Part shown: positions 57,830 to 64,000 of the stretch, piece after piece
Layout of the letters: each line of letters opens with the position of its first letter
Position numbering within the stretch: position 1 is the first letter of the stretch
Origin: Macrostomum hystrix
Taxonomy: Eukaryota; Animalia; Platyhelminthes
NCBI GenBank assembly: GCA_950097015.1
Contig: CATNEN010000003.1
Span: 10,106,001-10,170,000, forward strand
DNA: 64,000 bases
Direction: 5' to 3'
Position numbers and translations under genes: made by a program
The notes under the pieces: generated by a model
Seen by the model: only the letters and a program-made list of their open reading frames with translations
What the model was told of the DNA's origin: nothing
Databases searched by the model: none

Positions 57830-59687
57830 ATGGCTTCCAGCTCCAGTCACATGTTCGTTGCGACAAAGAAGCAATGTCTGAAATGTAAAGAAATTGCAGC
57901 AGATGTTCTGAAAAAAAATTGTGTAAAGTGCTTTACAACTGATCCGTTCGTGTACTTCTGCCTGGACTGTTCCTACTATGTCGAAAGATCGAATTGTCAG
58001 CATCCTCGAACTTCTTGGTTGAAGCGCTGCTTAAACTGCAGCGATATGAGCAGTCTTGATGAGAAACTCTGCACTAACTGCTCTACGGAGTCCACGTTTC
58101 AATTTCTTGAAAGTGAAGAGCTGCAGGGAGCCACTGGTTTTAGCCTGCGACCAATGGTAAGCGAGATTAGTGTGTATATTTTTCGTACTGCAAACTTGCA
58201 GCCGGTTTAAGCTAGCAGGAAAAAATTGCCTAATAGCAGGCAAGCAATCCTCGGCAAGCAATTTTACCGCAAGCAGTCCTCGTAGACAGCAAAGTTTCTA
58301 TAAAAAGGTTGCTTACAGCTGTTCAGTCCATGGACTGGAATGCAGCCATAACCACCCAATTTTCTACAACAATTGACGTAGAAAGATGTAGAACTGATCG
58401 AAGCACAGCGAGATTAAGCTCCTAGCTCATAGTTAGACACATAAGTTAGACTTGAGTTTCATCGTAACATCAATGATCACTGGAAACATGACCACATGAC
58501 CATGAAGCACGACGCGGTGACAACAAGAGGCCAAAGTCCCAGTCTGCAGTTGGATGAGATGGACAGGCCAACAACTGCCGATAGAGACGAGGCACTATTC
58601 GCTAGTCTACAGGACAATCAAAGCTGGGCTGCGCAAACAATGGTCGGCTTGCTCGACGGTTCGATTCCATTGGACACTCGAGAGCGGCAGGACGTCATGT
58701 GGCAACAGTTGAACAAAGTGAAGAAACTTTTGAACCAGGCCCGCTTCGCCTGTCGCTGGCAGGTCAAGTCGAGCGAAGCTGCTGGATTCGACGCAGAGAT
58801 CAAGAAGCTGGAGCAAGATCTGGCCGGTTTGACTGACGCTGTGAGGCAGATCCAGGTAACAAAAGCTTTTGATTAATTGACTAAAAGCTATCATTATTTA
58901 TTATTATTCTTATTGCTAAATCTTTCGATCGATCAATAAAAAAATAACACTGATTTAGGCCAATGGAAATCGTCGATTCAAGTGCGGCCACACTCATGAC
59001 GCTCGTGATCCGAGCGGGGCAACTAGTTGGATCGGCAATCGAGTCTGCTCATACTGCTGGTCTCTGCATCAGCGCCGAAAGCAGTCGAGCGACACTCGGC
59101 TCAAGAGAACTCCACTCACCGAGGACAACGAGGAGACAGCAGTCGAGTACTTCAAGATTCACGACAGAGTGATGCGTTATGCCAAGGCTGAGCATAAAAT
59201 TCGACTCGAAATTACTGGCATCGAAAGGATCGAGAATCCTGAGCTTGACAGACGCTTTCTTCAAGTTCGCAGCAAAATGTTTAAGAAGGACTGCCCTAAC
59301 GAGCTGCTCATCCATGGCACCAAGTCGGATGCCGCAGAGTTGATCATCCAGGAAGGATTCAAGGTCGGCAGTGGCGGCATGTTCGGCGCAGGGATCTACT
59401 TCGCCACTGACAGTACCAAGAGTGCTCAGTACTGCAGAGACTACAACCGTAAGACTTTGCTGCTATGCGAAGTGCTGCTTGGCAAAACAAAGGTGTGCAA
59501 TTCGCCGAGGAATGATCTCAACTTGGAAAAGGTGCAGGCGGAGGGATACGACTCGGTGTTTGCGAAGAGAAACACAAAGGGCAATGGTGGAGTAGCCAAC
59601 GATGAGTACATTGTGTACAGACCAGAGCAGGTGACCCCCAGGTATTTGGTGAAGTTTAGCAGGAAGGAGGATTGTACTATTTTGTAA
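57830..59687 (+). CDS. PARP-type ADP-ribosyltransferase B with N-terminal CxxC zinc ribbons and a coiled coil; exons 57830-58156, 58550-58855, 58959-59687
   Basis: five CxxC pairs; heptad segment; CGHTH..CSYC; LLIHGT, GGMFGAGIYFATDSTKSAQY, DEYIVY; phase-0 introns. Confidence 0.85.
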
Positions 59688-61754
59688 CCGAATTGCCCGA
59701 TTACATTTTTTTCTAACGTGGAGTCAGCGCCGAACGAACAATACGCTTATTGGCAAGTTTTTCATTTTTAGTTTTCTAAAATATTTTTAAGGATGTAATT
59801 ATAAGCTGCTTAACTAGTCAACTATGTTATTTTTTAGACAAAATTTTAATTTTAAAACATTTATAACATTTTTTACTATGTTTCTCAGTTCATCTTATTA
59901 ACACTTGTGGTAGCGATTTATAACAAAAATTGTTCAAATACGGTAATTTAAACAAAAAGATTTTGGCGTCGGTACGAACTTAACTTTTGTTATACGTAGG
60001 AATTAATTTTCAATTTATTACACAAGAATAATGAACTCTTTCTACAAATTCAAACTTTTTTACTTTACCTATCAAACTTTACTTTACTTACCTTATACAG
60101 TTATTAGAACGTCAGATTCACTACTTAAAAGTCCGGGGTTCGATTCTCGACTCCACAGCCTCGCAATAGCTGCTCGTCGGGGTCAATTTGGTCACGTATA
60201 ACCAGTTAATTTTTATTGCTTTTCAAAATTTAATCAGCTTTGCCTTTACTGAAAAAAAGTTTCTTCTTGTCAGAAAAATTCAGTTTCAGTTTTACCGTTT
60301 TACATTTTTTTCACAATTTATACTCGTACCTGCATATACGAATTCTCTTTTATTACATGCATATATAGCTCATGTGTTATGAGGGCTACTATAGCTATCA
60401 TAAATATACACTTGTATATCTAGTATCTATACATATATATCCGTTTCGGTTTTCTACTTATAATTATAATATTAGCAGACAGAGTTTTACAAAAACAAAA
60501 AGCAGCTCCATCAAATACTTCAGCAATGACTTAATTAACCATCGTTCGATTTATATTTTTTTCAAAATAGTGTACTTTTTATTGAGGATGCTTAGACTTA
60601 CATTTCTTAAAATTCTCCTAAATCTCAAAGGACCTGGTCAAGGCATATGAAGATTGCGAAATGGAGACAGACTGGTTCTCCAGTCTCTCTCTGTGTGCGT
60701 TATTTTCGTGTGTTTTTTGCGTTCCTATCTCTTTTTTCTCTCTGCATTCTGATTGGCTGTCTCTCAGTGTGCATGTTTTGTTTCTTATCTCTCCACCCTG
60801 CGCACTTTAGCCGCCCAACCCCTTCCCCGGGCTCAGTTTTTCTATCCTTTTCTCTATCAAGGCATGTTCATGTTATCTGTCTTACCCTCCTCGATCGATT
60901 TTCTAACCCCTTATTTTAATCATAATCATTAAAAAAATAACGTTTGGGGCCTGAGCACATATTCCCGCTAAGCTCATTTTACACCTCTAAGATCGCTTAA
61001 CATATATGCGAAACATATACGTTCTTTCAAAAGGATTAAAGCGAACAGAAATCTGAAATGAAATTGAAGACTGGCTTCCCATCAGCAGTGCTATTTTTTA
61101 TGCATTTGCTAATTAAGGCTTTCAACGTGTATATGCCCAAAGCAGAAGATCAATAATAGTCAAGCAAAAAAATGAACGAGAAGCAAGCAGTTATTGGATA
61201 GTTATTATCCCCCCTGATGCACTAGCAATGCAAGCGACAGCAGACTTTGCTAACATTGCGCCTAGGCTGATAGTTTTAATAGACAACAACAAGGAAGACA
61301 GTGCAGTCAAACAGGTTGGCAAAGAGTTGGTGTATAGTTAAAACACTGGGGCTAAATTGTTCTTATTATTTAATTAACCCAGTAAACAACTTAAATGAAT
61401 ATATAATGTCCGAATGAAACCGCAAGACAATAAAAAGGCACATTAAACACTTTACCAATTTAAGCAGACTACAACATGACGTACACACCTAAAACTATGT
61501 AATTCGTATTTTACATTTAAAATCGATCCGCTCCCCAGTAATCAGGAATAAATGAAAATGTTTGATCAAGTCAGCGAAATAAAATCGTTGGACTATAATG
61601 AGAAATCCTTAGTTTACCTGAAAGCGACACTTTTTGGTTTTACCTAGTATATCATCTACATGAGGAAAGTTATAGCTCAAGTGTTTAGAGCCATAGACTG
61701 ATTACCGAGAAGTCAAGAGTAACTTCCTATCGACCAGCCCCTGATTTCTTACCA

Positions 61755-62152
61755 CCCAGTGTACGCACCCTTCCGACCAACCGCAAATTTACCTACCCCC
61801 CAGTGTACACACCCTCTCAACCAACCCCCAATTTACTACCCCCAATGTACCCACCCTCTCAACCAACCCCCAATTTCCTACCCCCAATGCACACACCCTC
61901 CCAACCAACCCCCAGTTTCCTACCCCCAGTGTACACACCCTCTCAAGCAACCCCCAATTTCCTACCCCCAATGTACCCACCCTCCCAACCAACCCCCAGT
62001 GTCCTACCCCCAGTGTACACACCCTCTCAACCAACCCCCAATTTCCTTCCCCCAATGCACACACCCTCCCAACCAACCCCCAGTTTCCTACCCCCAGTGT
62101 ACACACCCTCTCAACCAACCCCCAATTTCCTACCCCCAATGCACACACCCTC
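61755..62152. repeat. 39-bp C-rich minisatellite
   Basis: about 10 units of CCCCCAGTGTACACACCCTCTCAACCAACCCCCAATTT-type sequence. Confidence 0.93.
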
Positions 62153-62504
62153 CAATCTTAGCCCAAGGGAAGCAAGTTCCGTGAAACAATTTATTATTAC
62201 GGTTAATGATACAAATTAATAGCACACAATACTTTACGCAGGCACCATTGCTCTTTGTCTTGCAGTGTAAAAGCCTTACTGTACCTTGGAGATGGGTCTT
62301 TTAGGGCCTAAATTGCACAACAAGCACCCCAAGCTTTCTCTCCGCTGCTGCGCGGTGGGTGGGTGTAGAGGCCTTACAACTGGAATCACGGTGCAATTTC
62401 TATAATTTTTTTCTACGAATGCCTCTGGTTGAACCGATTCTTTGATTTGCTCAAACAACAGATCGCGAGTGTCACTTTCAGGTCAGCATAGAATTCCTCG
62501 ATGA

Positions 62505-63614
62505 TCAGAACAATGCCCCGCCGCCAGAAAGCTCGTGACGTTTCGGGATCTCAATGAATGACAGCCAATCGGATTCGTATGTTGGCAGAAGGCCCATGCC
62601 GTGGCACTTGTACAGAGCCAGAGCCAGTGCGGCAACATTGCCAAGCAGGTAGACAAACTTCTGCAGCAGGGCCTGATCTCCCTGGATCATGGCGAAGGTG
62701 GGGCGCAGTGAGAATAGGGCCCTAACTGGCGATAGGAACATCATGACAATCATCATGATGGGAAATATCGATATGGAGCTGCCGGCCATCCACATGATGA
62801 AGAAGTTCATTGGCAGCTGTCGTAGCGGGCCCAGGGCCACGTCCCAGCCGCGTTTGCTGATTAAACTGGCACCGTCGGCATCCTCGACGCGACCGACCGG
62901 AGCCTGTACGGAAAGGAATGGTGTGCAAGAATAAGTGCGGATTTATGATATGATGAGGGACTATGATATATAGTCACATTTTATATGGTCACAGAAAAAT
63001 GGTGGTCTCGAAAATTTGAACGTCTCCGAAGAATAGAGGGTCTGGAAAATTTCAAGGAGACGGAGAATCGAGGGACTGGAAAATTTCAAGGTCATATAGA
63101 ATCGAGGGACTGGAAAATTTCACGGTATTAGAGAATCGAGGGACTGGAAAATTTCAAGGTCGTAGAGAATCGAGGGACTGGAAAATTTCACGGTCATAGA
63201 GAATCGAGGGACTGGAAAATTTCAAGGTCATAGAGAATCGAGGGACTGGAAAATTTCAAGGTCACGGAGAATCGAGGGACTGGAAAATTTCAAGGTCACG
63301 GAGAATCGAGGGACTCGAAAATTTCAAGGTCACGGAGAATCGAGGGACTGGAAAATTTCTGAATGTCCAGCTAATAATAATCTGGCTAGATAATTTTCGC
63401 ATTTATTAACCTGCTGATCGGAAAATCCTGGCGGTTTCTCTAGCTGCTGCTGCTGCTGCAGCTGCTGACCGGAGGAAGAAACCAAGGCAGAGCTTTGGCC
63501 ATTCATTCTCATAGCCCAACGACGGTGACTAGCGTTTAGTACGGCCACTACGGTTTCGGGACCCTGGGAGGCGGCCGGTGAGGCAACGGCCCCAGACGAA
63601 GAACGGTTGGCAGA
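62505..63614 (-). CDS. EMC4: ER membrane protein complex subunit 4; exons 63614-63411, 62903-62505
   Basis: RRWA, PPGF, KRGWDVALGPLRQLPMNFFIMWMAGSSISIFPIMM, YKCHGMGLLPTYESDWL. Confidence 0.95.
63030..63358. repeat. 33-bp minisatellite in the EMC4 intron
   Basis: GAGAATCGAGGGACTGGAAAATTTCAAGGTCAC units. Confidence 0.95.
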
Positions 63615-63647
63615 CTAGAAGAACATTATTTACAGTTTTTATATTTA

Positions 63648-63985
63648 AAGGTAATTATAAAGGAATAACAGGTGATGATAAAGGAATGACAGGTGATGAT
63701 TAAGGAATGACGGGTAATGATAAAGGAATGACAGGTGATGATTAAGGAATGACAGGTGATGATTAAATAATGACAGGTGATGATTAAATAATGACAGGTG
63801 ATGATTAAATAATGACAGGTGATGATTAAGGAATGACAGGTAATGATTAAGGAATGACAGGTGATGATTAAATAATGACAGGTGATGATTAAAGAATGAC
63901 AGGTGATGATTAAAGAATGACAGGTGATGATTAAGGAATGACAGGTAATGATTAAGGAATGACAGGTGATAATTAAAGAATGACA
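63648..63985. repeat. 21-bp minisatellite GTGATGATTAAGGAATGACAG
   Basis: about 16 units upstream of EMC4. Confidence 0.95.
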
Positions 63986-64000
63986 GATACACAGATTATC

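Overview
Eukaryotic animal DNA with spliceosomal introns, rich in minisatellites. The architecture fits a free-living flatworm such as Macrostomum, but the species is an inference. The left half (1-33 kb) holds six co-oriented + strand genes: two Lifeguard/TMBIM paralogues, KANSL2-like, GOLGA7, USP40 and POLD2. Their introns and spacers are filled with locus-specific minisatellites, tRNA-derived SINEs and hAT MITEs. The right half (37-64 kb) holds a secreted Frizzled-CRD-like protein, two secreted PAN/apple proteins (one LamG-like, one ALK/LTK-type glycine-rich), two paralogous stand-alone H-Y-E ADP-ribosyltransferases, a DEG/ENaC-like remnant and EMC4. It also carries a Loa/I-group LINE with a highly structured 5' UTR, interrupted by an intact young Ty3/Gypsy element (identical 155-bp LTRs, 5-bp TSD). 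Exon structures were assembled by hand from GT-AG sites and frame continuity. Most short ORFs in the track are repeat translations or shadow frames. The best leads are the duplicated pseudoknot-like RNA module in the LINE leader, genes that may take their start codon from a spliced leader, the ART pair, and a MITE carrying a minisatellite seed.
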